A stretch of 64,000 nt of DNA, taken from contig CP075495.1 of assembly GCA_021613535.1 (NCBI GenBank), positions 8,556,001 through 8,620,000 of the forward strand. The letters are read 5' to 3'. A model generated the notes under the pieces. It had not been told where the DNA came from. It saw only the letters and a program-made list of their open reading frames with translations, and ran no database searches. The stretch is from Adineta vaga (Eukaryota > Animalia > Rotifera). Of the stretch, positions 1-13,808 are shown piece after piece. A program made the position numbers and the translations under genes. The first letter of the stretch is position 1, and each line of letters opens with the position of its first letter.

Positions 1-1003
1 AAACGTCTTCATGGTTTCTTGAAATTCTATTGGTTGACAATTGTTATCCAATAGATAATATTAAGAGCATTTTCATCTTAATAATGGTAAATATTTCTAA
101 TTAAAAAAACAGTTCAAATGATTTTCTGTTAATTAATTTAACTTTTTCGACGCATTAGAGTAAATAGATGGAAGCATACAATAGGAGATGATAACCAATG
201 AGATATCACAACGTTTTTTTGTCTTCATTTAATCACAACAACGGACAATCATTTTCTTCCTTCGTTGTCCAGTCCGATCGACCTTTTCGATAAACAAAAA
301 GGGGGAAAAAAACTTTTGAACGTTTTCTTTTTCTTTTTAGATCTTAACATCAATAAAACATTGTTCTTTACATATCTAAGATGATGTTTAACAACAGTTA
401 ACATATTCATATCTATTTATTTGCTATCTCATAAGGTGATTCTATTTTATATGAATTGAAATGTTGTAAAAGAAAACGAGTGTAGATTTCGATTTATAAA
501 TCTAGTTCACAAAAAGAAAGTTGTAGCTATTTTATTAACATTAAATGAGTTTTTATTCAGTTCAATTTTCAATGTACAACATGACAGACTAAATAAGGAA
601 TGACATGGAGTCAATGATGAAATACAAAAAGAGAATAGATGACAAGTCTTCTTTTTTCTTTTCTGTCTTTTTCCTGCGTCATATGCATTACTATATACGG
701 AAAGAGAGAAGTATTTTGTGTCAATGGGTATGTTTTCAAGAGAAGATGTCGCAACAATTGCTTGCTTCATATGTATATGTACTAACATATTCTACAAACT
801 TCTCTATTTCTATCAACAATTGCCACATACTGTGATTCTAGGGGGCACGCAGAAGAAAGAAAGAAAGAAAGAAAGAAAAGAATCTAGAAACGTAGCGGAA
901 ATGATAACTGTATGTTTATTTCAGGTTGCTCTTGTTATTGTCGTCATCAGCTTATAGAATCTTCGTTAACGTATAACATTACAAATCTCTACTTCTATTA
1001 TAC

Positions 1004-3188
<2,185 letters not shown>

Positions 3189-3510
3189 TTTCCTTTTTAA
3201 ATTCAACAGCAATGTCTTCCTTTTTCTTTCTCATCTTTATCTTTTCTTTTCTCATTTATTTATTTTTCAATTTACTTACTATGTGCATATACATATACAT
3301 ACACACAGACATACATACATACAAATGTCCTCAATATTACTCTTTAAGATCCAGTAAGATAATCATCGTTTGCTTTCGTGTTACACGTCGTTTTTTTCTG
3401 CATGTCTGCATGTTCTCTTCTGAAAGTCTCTTGTATATAAACAACCTACTAATATTTAATCTTAAATAACTAATAATATACGATATGACATTTTCTATTC
3501 TTTTATTTAG

Positions 3511-3714
3511 AACCATGCCGAATTGATTTCCTTCAAGATCGATCATATTCTTCAACAATTAGATCGAGTCAATCGTCGTTTAAATCAATTCGATCAACGT
3601 CTGAAGGATATCGATATTCGTTTAAACTATCTTGAAACTAAACCACGCCATCATAAAAATCCTCAACACAATAATAATAAATTCAATCATTATCCCCACG
3701 AACTTCAATTTTAA
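3511..3714 (+). CDS. Probable alternative terminal exon of coronin (second coiled coil)
   Basis: Acceptor ttttatttag ends at 3510. Phase 0 matches the donor after 2949. Encodes heptad-like NHAELISFKIDHILQQLDRVNRRLNQFDQRLKDIDIRLNYLE...F*. Confidence 0.7.
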   Translation, partial: NHAELISFKIDHILQQLDRVNRRLNQFDQRLKDIDIRLNYLETKPRHHKNPQHNNNKFNHYPHELQF

Positions 3715-4202
3715 TCTGGCCAATAAAAGAACAACTGTATGTGTATTCTATGCATATTTGTCACCATATCTTTTCGGTTTTTTTCGATATCTGCTTTCCT
3801 TTCTTTTTTCTTTTCGGTTTTTTTTTGCTGTATGATGGCGTTTTCTTTTTTCGCAGCTATTCCCGTCCAATGTTGAATATTTTTCTCTTGAGCATTTAAA
3901 AATATGTCGAAACAAACATGCAACGGCAATTTCTCCCTGTACCTTTTCTTTCGCTCTGAGCTCTACCCGGTGCTATCATGCGTGCGCGCAAATCACATTT
4001 TACTGTCTTCCGTGTTTTTTCTTTCTTTATCTCACTTCTTTTTCTATTAGGATTACCATTGTACACATTTGAGAATCAAACATTTGAAAAAAATCGATCA
4101 AAAGACAATCTTTTTCTTACTTTCTTTTGTGTTTAAGCAAAACAATACTTCATACGTCCTTAAAAAGCAATAAATTCTTTCGAACAAAAAAAAATATTTT
4201 AG

Positions 4203-6050
4203 ATGAAAATCAATTGGATTACGTATTTCTTAGTATTATTCTTCTTCATATGTCTAATCGATCTGATCATTGCTGGGTGTGTAATTTCATGTTTAGAAAA
4301 CAAAAGAAATGAGTAGTTTTTGGTTTTTTTACTTAGACGTGATTTTTATAAGATATTGAATTTACCAAAAACGGCAACATTAAATCAAATCAAGAAATCT
4401 TACCGAAAATTAGCAAAAGAATTACATCCGGATAAGAATAAGAATGATCCAAACGCACAAGAACGTTTTCAAGATTTAGGAGCTGCTTATGAAGTAATTT
4501 GATTGGTCCGTTGGAACTATATTTTGAAAAGATTTTAATTTTAGGCATTATCTGATGCTGATAAACGAAAAACGTATGATAAATATGGTGAAGATGGTTT
4601 GAAACGACAAGGAGGTGATGATTCATTTCATGATCCATTTTCTAGGTATAGAAATTTTCATCGAAATTTAGTTTTTGTTTCTGAAAAGAAAATATTGTTT
4701 ATATTATATAGTTTTTTTGGTGATTTTTTTCATTTCGGTGGATCGAGAGATGATGGACATCATAATGTGCCACGTGGTGGAGATGTAGTAATTGATTTAT
4801 ATGTTACACTTGAAGAAGTTTACAATGGAAATTTCATTGAAGTAAGTTAAAAAGTTTCTTGTTCGTTTCTAAATTAATTCTTTAGGTTGTTCGAGCGAAA
4901 CCAGTTGCAAAACAAACATCTGGATCAAGAAAATGTAATTGTCGAATGGAAATGAGAACGATTCAAATGGGTCCTGGACGAGTAAGACTCGATTCATTTT
5001 ATAGTGTCTTTCTATTTTTAAAACAAACATTTATACTAACTTGCTGTCTATACCTAATTAATATATATCACATATAGATACTTCTACGAGATATGAAAGG
5101 GTATGTAGTATTAGAGGAGGCATATGATGGGAATAGAAGACAAGGCTATTTTTAACCTCAGTAATGAAAACAAGAAAGTATTCCGTTGAGTGTACACCTA
5201 CATATACTAATATCCAAAGATTATTTATGTACTTGAAGAGACAATTATATGTTTAGTTTCAAATGGTGCAAGATCAAGTCTGTGATGACTGTCCAAATAT
5301 CAAGTAAAAAGAAATAGTCATTGAAAGAATCAAATGTAAGGTATATTTGTTAAGATTCGTCACCGAAGAGAAAGTCTTGGAAATTGAAGTTGAACCGGGT
5401 GTAGCTGATGGTTATATCATACCGTTTCTGGCTGAAGGTTTGTATGACAACAAAATAGAATTTTATGAATCAAACTAATGTATATTTGTGATTAATATAT
5501 TCCAGGAGAACCACATATGGAAGGTGAACCAGGTGATTTGAAATTTGTCATTCGAATTCAAAAGTAAATTGAAATCAATAGGGTTCACTCTAGTTTCCTT
5601 TTACTTCTCATTTAAAGACATTCACTTTTTGAACGTCGAAACAATGATCTTTATACAAATTTAACAATTACTTTACAAGATGCATTAAATGGTTTTGATA
5701 TTTCGTTTCCACATCTTGATGGACATAATGTAAGAATATAAGTATGATATGTTTAAATCGAATCTTTATTGATAGGTAACAATTAAACGTGAAAAAGTAA
5801 CTTGGCCTGGTGCTCGTATTAAGAAAAAAGGTGAAGGTCTCCCACAACATGATCAAAATACTATCGTTGGTGATCTTTATGTCACAATTGATGTCGATTT
5901 TCCTAGAGGAGAATTTACTACTGAACAACAAGAAGGTAAATTCGAAATTTTATCATTTTCATGTATCCTAATAATTGATTACTATCTTCTTTAGCGGTAA
6001 AAACTCTTTTAAATCAACAATCAAAACATCGATTGTACAATGGCATCTAA
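4203..6050 (+). CDS. DNAJB11: ER co-chaperone DnaJ homolog subfamily B member 11 (ERdj3), multi-exon
   Basis: Signal peptide [25 protein letters not shown], then J domain RDFYKIL...LHPDKN...FQDLGAAYE. Also [39 protein letters not shown], and C-terminal LYNGI*. Confidence 0.95.
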
Positions 6051-7830
6051 TCAATTGATTTTCTCTTATTTGTTGTAATCTTGTTTAGATTAATAATTAT
6101 TAATTTATCAGTTTTCTGCTGTTGTGATGGTTTATTCGTGAATAAGTTATTTAATGTGCTTGTTTCTTTTTTTTTATTTCTCTGTCTTGTTTTCAATGGA
6201 CAACTCAGAGGCCGTTATAATGTGGTGCATTGATGTGATTTTTGCTTTCTGTTATTTCCTTTCTTTCCTTTGATCTGATATTCGAACAGTTTTTGTCTTG
6301 CAAAATTTTCAGTATTTATTCATCTACTCAAGAATTTGTTTCGATACAAGAGAAAACTTCTAGTTTACAATCTTGTTTTTTGATAAGTTATCAATGTCGA
6401 CTAGAAAAAGATGATAAATAAAAGCTTTTGGCTTTCGTGATATTAGAAATAAAAGCTTATTGACTAAAAACAAACAAATTTTTTTCAAGTATTCAATATA
6501 GATAAATTCTAATGTTGTTCTCATTTAACTGAAATTAGATCAGAATAGGGATCAAATGAAATTTCATCTATTATTTTTCAATACATGAAGCAAAGACAAT
6601 GTTTCTATCAAAATCAAATGAATATTTAATAGTCATCGAAACTTTCTCTCTCGATTACCGTCGTGTTCAAATATTTATCTATATAAAACTGAATGATTAC
6701 TAGTAGTTTAGTAATAATGTTTTTTTTCTATTTCTTATGAACATGTATTCAATATAACATTGATTTTTCTCTTGCTAGAAATAACTGTCTGATCAAAAAC
6801 AAATCTCATTGATTTATTTTATCATATTTTATTGATAATCTTACAATCTAAACCAATGAATTCGTTCGATGAATCTACATTAATATGATAGGAAACTGTC
6901 ATCGATGTATGATCATTCTTTACTTTAATTTACTATGTTCTTCGTCAATAGCCGTTCGATCGTTCTTTCAGAAAATAATATTCAATGCCGACATGCATAG
7001 AGATGCATGTTAATTTTCTCAAGAGAACAGACTTGTATCATAGGAAATAAACAAGAGGCTTTTTTTTCTTTGGGAATTACTAAGTTGTATGTAGTTCTGT
7101 TTTTTACAAATGTTAATTAATATTCTGCACCCTAGTATTGTGAACAATTCTACCGACTTTTCCATTTCTTGTTAACTATTTTTATCCTAATATCTTGTAT
7201 GCTATAATTAGTTTAAATTCTTCAATGAGTATGGTTAACTTTAGTTTATTCGATAAAAGCGTGCCCAAAAAGAATACTTTCGGAATGAAAATATTTACAT
7301 AAGTGTCACGTATGACTTTCCGTAATGAAACAGTAAGACACTGAATTGTCCTACAAAAAATAATCGTGCTATATAAATAGTCCTACTAATTATCTGCACA
7401 GCTTGCTTCTGTTCTTGTTAAGATCATTCGTGATTATAGCTATGGAAGTGATTCTAAGAAACAGTGCTTCTATCTAGTAAACCGGTAATACGAAATCATG
7501 ATTCTGATCTGCGACAAGTTATGTAGAATTCTGAAAGGTTTCTGTGAGACAAAACTACATATTGATTTAGTCATATTACATGAACATTAATTGAATTGAA
7601 GCTGAAAGAAAAGTTACATTATTCATTCGTTTTTAATCGTATCATATATCAGAATTGGCTTCTTTTTTCTTGTTAGAATAATAAATATTAGTTAATAATA
7701 ATTATCATTATTGTTAAATTAAAAACAGATGAAGAATATCTCGTTAAACATAGTATTTTATTTTATAACCGAATACTAGCGAAAAATCAGAAGGAAAAGA
7801 AAGAAGTCTGATATAGATGAATATCCTCTA

Positions 7831-8640
7831 TTATGTACCTAGACCCATTAAATGTTGAATATAAGTTTCCCAAGTTGGTTCGGATAGATTGATTTGCTTA
7901 CAAACATCCGCATATTTTTCACGTGTATCAATCACATATTTCACTGCTAATTCACCCTTATCAATATATGTTTGCATGATTGGATCATCTTTTGAAGAGA
8001 ACTAGTTTAAAAACAAAATAATTCAGAGTATTTTAAATTATTTTTACTTACACTTTCTAATTCTGCTCGGGCATTTGATACAAATTGCTTGATAGCATCA
8101 ATACCAACAGGAAAATTTGTTTTTTGACTATGATATAAAAAATAGAATAGAATGGATGCCGTTGATATGAGACGAAGAATTTCATCAGAAACTAAACAGA
8201 TCTTTCTAGGAAAAAGAACGAAAGACATAAATACATTCAAAATACTTGATAAATCTAAGCCTTTGGTATTTAGATGACGTTTGATCTGTTCAAAATCAAC
8301 TTGAAAGAAATCACCTAATGTACTTGTTGCTGGAAAAGATCCATCCTATTGAAAGAAAGATGCGAATCTATTTTAAAAAGTTTCCAATAATCTACATTAT
8401 TTTGTTGTTGAAAGATTCCATTAACGAGAGAATCAGTCAGTGGAGTTTCAATAATTGATCGTAAAGGAACATCTAAAATACATACATATGTCATCAAGAT
8501 CTTATCAATAACAAAATGATTTATTCACCATTTACATCAGAATCATTTGTTCTTCTCTAATAACAATAAATCAGCATAAGACATATCAGTTTACCAATTA
8601 GATAATTAACTAGATTACTTACTGATGCTTCGCTTGCCAT
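7831..8640 (-). CDS. 177-aa stand-alone protein resembling the PARP4 (VPARP) C-terminal MVP-interacting (MINT/INT) domain
   Basis: Six exons (8640-8623, 8556-8529, 8472-8396, 8345-8246, 8191-8052, 8001-7831) joined by 50-66 nt GT-AG introns give an open frame: MASEASRRTNDSDVNDVPLRSIIETPLTDSLVNGIFQQQNNDGSFPATSTLGDFFQVDFEQIKRHLNTKGLDLSISDEILRLISTASILFYF...ELAVKYVIDTREKYADVCKQINLSEPTWETYIQHLMGLGT*. The family call is from recalled similarity to the human PARP4 C-terminus. Confidence 0.75.
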
Positions 8641-9315
8641 AATGTTAGCTCACGTGAGTGACTAGCTGCTTGTAGTCAGATCGATAGTGACGACACAGTG
8701 AATGAGACGTGTCGAGCGAATTGAGGCTTAGTATTTTCTTTCTCTATCCCTTCTTTCTTCATTTCTCTGCTCTCGACTCGTTTTTTCCTCACTTGATGGA
8801 CGAATAGCAACTGCCGATGTTAGAGTCGTAGTCTTTGCCTTCATCATCAACGACACATCATCAGCAAAAAAAAATATATTTGAAATTATTCTTTCTTGTC
8901 TATTCTCTATATCTATTACCCTTTTCACATTGTACGCATCGACAATCTAACTGAAAATTTTGTCAAAAGCTAAAGAAGACGCATGGGAATAGCTGACGAG
9001 CAGTTCCTTTTCTAATTGATGTAACTATCTGTAATAAGCTTTTTTGCTTTCCCTCTATCATATTCAAGTATATTGTTTATTGTCATTCTTATACTTCGAA
9101 GGAGAATTCATGCGAAGAGAGAAATATTTTGTTTTAATAAAAGAAGTTGAAATCAATTACTGAAAATATATTCATATGTCATAATCGTCGGCAAAACTTA
9201 CTTATTTAATGAATTTTATTTTTTATTTTCCTTTTTTTTGCGAAAAGAGAAAAAGAAAAAAAGAGACGGATACCAAGAGGGAATACGTGAAAGTGTGTGA
9301 ATCAGCAAGAAAAGC

Positions 9316-9338
9316 ACACACACACACACACACACACA
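9316..9338. repeat. (CA)n microsatellite
   Basis: Direct run cacacacacacacacacacaca downstream of calmodulin. Confidence 0.9.
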
Positions 9339-9989
9339 GTTATTAAGAAGAAAAAAAAAGAAGATAGCCGACATCAAAAGTACAAGGGATGATATTTGTG
9401 TCATCGCTCTCGTGTGTTAAGTTATACACACATAATATGTATAAATAAAATGTTGTTCGTGAAAAAAGTTACTGTTATGGTTCAATGAATCTATGTATTT
9501 TTGTACTTGTGTTTTCGCTGTCGCTAACAAGTATATAGTAACAGAGGAAAAATACGAAAAAAAGATAATAGGTGTTGATGTAAAAATTTGTGTGAATATA
9601 TGATCCCTTTCATGGATAGATCTTCCAGTGAGAACCTGAATATGTAAAGGATGTAAAAAGAAAAACGAACAAACGAAAGGGTAGAAATAAGAAAGTTGAC
9701 ATCAACGAAACAAATGAAGAACGAAAAGAAACGTTTGATCAAAAAGTAGACAATACGCTAGTGTGTATGTGTGTGTGAGTTTGTGACAGAAAAAAAAGAA
9801 GATTTAGAAGAAGAAGAAGACAGGTATATGTTAGTGTTGGATAGTAAATAAGTTCTGAACAGAAAAGAAAGTCGAATAAAATGAAAAGAAAACGAAAATA
9901 GCATACACGCACACAACAATGATGACAAAAAAGAAAGAAAAAAAAATTAGTGTAATATGTAATGATGAATGATACGTCCTTGGTCACAA

Positions 9990-10669
9990 TCATTTTGAAG
10001 TCATCATTGTAACGAATTCTTCATAATTAACTTGACCATCTAGAAGAAAAACAAAATTTTATTTTTAATAAAATAAAATTACAATCTTTAGTAAATATAT
10101 AATATACCTCCATCGATATCTGCTTCACGGATCATTTCATCAACTTCTTCATCCGTCAATTTTTCTCCCAAATTTGTCATTACATGACTAGTAAAAATAA
10201 AATCGACATCGAATCATTATATTCAATCTAAGTAACAAACCGAAGTTCTGCTGCTGATATAAATCCATTTCCATCTTTGTCAAATACACGGAATGCTTCG
10301 CGAATTTCTTCTTCACTATCAGTATCTTTCATTTTACGCGCCATCATTGTCAAAAATTCAGGGAAATCAATTGTACCATTACCTAAATGTCTCATTGAAT
10401 TTAATCATCATTTTACACATGAACAACATACCATCAGCATCTACTTCATTGATCATATCTTGCAATTCAGCTTCAGTTGGATTTTGCCCTAAACTTCTCA
10501 TGACAGTACCTAGAAAATCGCCGAAAGATAGATCAATATAAATGATTTTCTTTGTCTCATTGAACAAACCTAATTCTTTAGTAGTAATGGTTCCATCTCC
10601 ATCTTTATCGAAAAGCGAGAATGCTTCTTTAAATTCAGCAATTTGTTCTTCAGTTAATTGATCAGCCAT
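9990..10669 (-). CDS. CALM: Calmodulin, multi-exon
   Basis: [34 protein letters not shown]|[26 protein letters not shown]|[19 protein letters not shown]...[15 protein letters not shown]. Confidence 0.99.
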
Positions 10670-11344
10670 TTCACTTCAATCTTTTGGATTAATAATATAC
10701 ACTCCTACACACAAAAAATCTGAAGAAAAAAAGATAGTACTAACCAAAAACAACAACAATAATAACAACATTCACTTGACAACATTAACTAAAACAAAAC
10801 AAAAAGCATAGCAAAAAAAAAGCATAGAATGATAAAGATGTCGCTTATAAATTGAAATTATTTTATTTTGAAAATCTTCAATAAAAAGATATTATCGAGT
10901 GAAATAAATTACTCGCGAATTATTTTATTCAAGAAAATAAATAACAACCATAGTACATGTCTAAATAACCTCTATGAACCAATCATTTGTCAATATATAA
11001 CTGATTATTCTTTTTCAGCTGGTAGAGAACGAACAAAACAAAGAGAAAGAACGAGAAAATGAGTATTATTTTAGTGGTGAGAGAGCTGGCTGTTTGGTTA
11101 GTTAGTGGGTGTGTAGGTGTTGCAATTGCTCCTTGCTCTACCGCACGACAGAAAAAAGGTGAACATCAACAAGTTTTCATTTTTCTGTACTTTCAGATCG
11201 CCGGGAATTAAGAATTATCTGTTGGCGAGAAGACGCCAGCATCTGGGAGTGTGAGTGAGAGAGGTCTTGGTTTTAAATAAAAAAACAATAAATTCTGAAC
11301 GGCACGCGTCATATTTTTTCTTTCAAACTTATACAACACTCTCA

Positions 11345-12873
11345 ATGGCAGAAGGAGGATACAACATTCAATCGCATAATAATTATCCCGATCGGATGCA
11401 GCAGTCACAGCAAGGTTAAAAACATTTTATTAATTCGTTAATCAACGAAAAAAGGATTTCCTTTCCGCTATAGGTGCGTCAGCTGGTGAAGAAGAACTAG
11501 CAACTAGGACACTTTTTATCCAACCGAAACGTTTTTATTTGGATGTCAAACAAAATCGGCGTGGTCGATTTATCAAATTTGCTGAAGTAAAAGAAACTAA
11601 ATAATTGTCTTTGTGTCTCGAAACTGTTTTCATATTTATTTTAGGTTAGTGCTGGCGGTCGAAAAAGTCGTATATTGATGTCAATGAATATTGCAAGTGA
11701 ATTTCGTGATCAATTAGAAGCATTTCATCAGTTTCTCCAAACAATAGGTATTTCAAAAACTAAGATCTTTTCTATTTTATTTTAGTTTTCTAACAATCTA
11801 GGTGAACACAATTCAAATAATCAACAATCAAACGAAAATGGCATTCTTCGTTCGGCACTTATAACTCGTGATGATCGAAAATATTATCTTGATTTAAAAG
11901 AAAATGAACGTGGAAGATTTTTACGTGTATGTTTAATTAAATTTCTATCTGATATTATTTGTTGATTTATCTATCATTTAGGTTTCAATGGTTGGTCTTA
12001 ATATTCCACGTACACAGATTGCATTACCTGCACATGGTTTACAAGAATTACGAGATACATTAACTGATTTACTTGAAGAATTCGGAAATGAAGATGATAA
12101 TGGTATGTTTTAAGCGACATCTATATTTGTTTTTAAGTTTAAGGAAATTTATTTCATAAAGATAAAGTTTTCAATATGAAAATCTTCAAAGATTATTATT
12201 ATATTCATTGATAATTTTATTCAGACATTTTTATTGGATCTTGAATATATCTATATATCAGACTATTACTTAATTTTAATGTATAATTTTCATAAAAAAT
12301 ATTTGAAAAAAATAAGTAATTTCATAAATAATATGTAATATAAAAAGAACACACATTATATATGTGTAAAGATGGAGTTGATAGTAGTTATTTATTTTCG
12401 ATATCGTTTATTTTAAACGTCTCTATTCGTTCTGTTTTAGATAGCGTTGAGTCACCACCAGCAATAGGTATATCGAATGAATTATTTTTTTTTACTATAC
12501 ATAATATTTGTTTTTTAGAACCAGCGGAATTACCTGAAAGTAAATTGATACATGTGGGAAATAAAAATTTCTATTTTGATATTGGTTCAAATAATCGTGG
12601 AGTTTTTCTTCGTATATCCGAAGTAAGTTGAATTTATGATTTTAAAAAGCTTTTGTTATTGAATCATTATAGGTTCGAGCAAATTTTCGAACAGCTGTAA
12701 CAATACCAGAAAAAGCATGGCCTCGTTTTCGCGATAATATTAATGATTTTATTCTTGCAATGGATAAAGAACGTAATAATACGTCGGCACCAGTGGATAT
12801 ATCCCGGTTAGATTCTGGTAATGGCGATAAACCGTCAGTAACGCCAGGCGATACTGGTGAAACTAACAAATAA
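11345..12873 (+). CDS. PURA: Transcriptional activator Pur-alpha (three PUR repeats), divergent from calmodulin
   Basis: [34 protein letters not shown]; [20 protein letters not shown]; [40 protein letters not shown]. Not assembled by the ORF track because the exons are short. Confidence 0.95.
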
Positions 12874-13585
12874 GCGTGCATATCTTGATAGACACTCTTA
12901 GAATTATTTCAAAACAAAAAAAATATTATATTATTTGGTAGCTTTAGCTTCATCCTTCTCCACTTCTTATTCCTCATCTTCTTTTTGCACTCTCTTTCTC
13001 TCTCTTCTGTTTCAAACACATAGACAAATTTATTCTTTTGTTTGACTCTTTAAAAGAGCCCGGTGTGTATCAGTATGTGTATAGTAAAGAACACGTTGCA
13101 TTGTAAGTGTCGATATGGGGCGTTTTTTTTCTTTCTATGTGTAAAACAAGCGTTTATTTATTCATATATAACAAAATTATAGTGCGTTTCTCGAATTTAT
13201 GTTTTGTCTTTTGCTTCTATTTAATCGGAATGGAAAATAACAAACAACATTTTTTAGAAAGATTTATTTTGAAAAGTAACGTCATTTGTTTAGTCTTATT
13301 TACATTAATCCACTTCTTCTGTTGCTCGTCGTATACATGTATGTTTTTCCTTTCTCTCTCTTTGTATGTGTATATGTCTATAATGAGTTATTCATTTCAT
13401 TTCTCTTATTTATTGACGAAAACTAACTTTTTTTGTTCTGCGTCTATCTGTAGACTAGTATCTAGCAGTTCAAGGAAACAAAAAATAACATTTTCTGCTT
13501 TGTTTCTGTTTAATCTTTCTATTCCAAATCCGGTATCATTAATATAATTAATATTTTTATGTGAGTGTGTCTATATCATCCGGTT

Positions 13586-13607
13586 TCTTCTTCTTCTTCT
13601 TCTTCTT
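13586..13607. repeat. (CTT)n microsatellite
   Basis: ttcttcttcttcttcttcttct upstream of the BAZ1-like gene. Confidence 0.85.
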
Positions 13608-13808
13608 AGAGTTCTAGCCGCTTTTGTATCATAATTCTATCGATACATAAAGAGAAACAGAAACACTGAACGAATATAATAAATGTAATAACAATCAAAT
13701 ATATATTTTCAATTCGTTTTATTGATTTATTTTCTCTTTCAGATTATCAAAATGAATTAATTTGATATATTTTTTTTGCTATCTCTGTTTTTCTTTTTCG
13801 GTATTTGA

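Noticed and set aside
507-957. Overlapping short ORFs upstream of coronin
   Set aside because: Low-complexity F/K-rich translations with no motif; most likely promoter, 5'UTR or intron sequence.
4982-5255. Long DNAJB11 intron as a possible C/D snoRNA host
   Set aside because: The best C box is ATGATGG, with no well-placed CTGA D box or terminal stem.
7365-7540. TATATAAATAG followed by slightly GC-richer sequence
   Set aside because: No ORF and no recognisable RNA family or convincing fold.
13107-13547. 146-aa hydrophobic ORF
   Set aside because: T-rich Pur-alpha 3'UTR translating to F/L/S by composition; GTG start.
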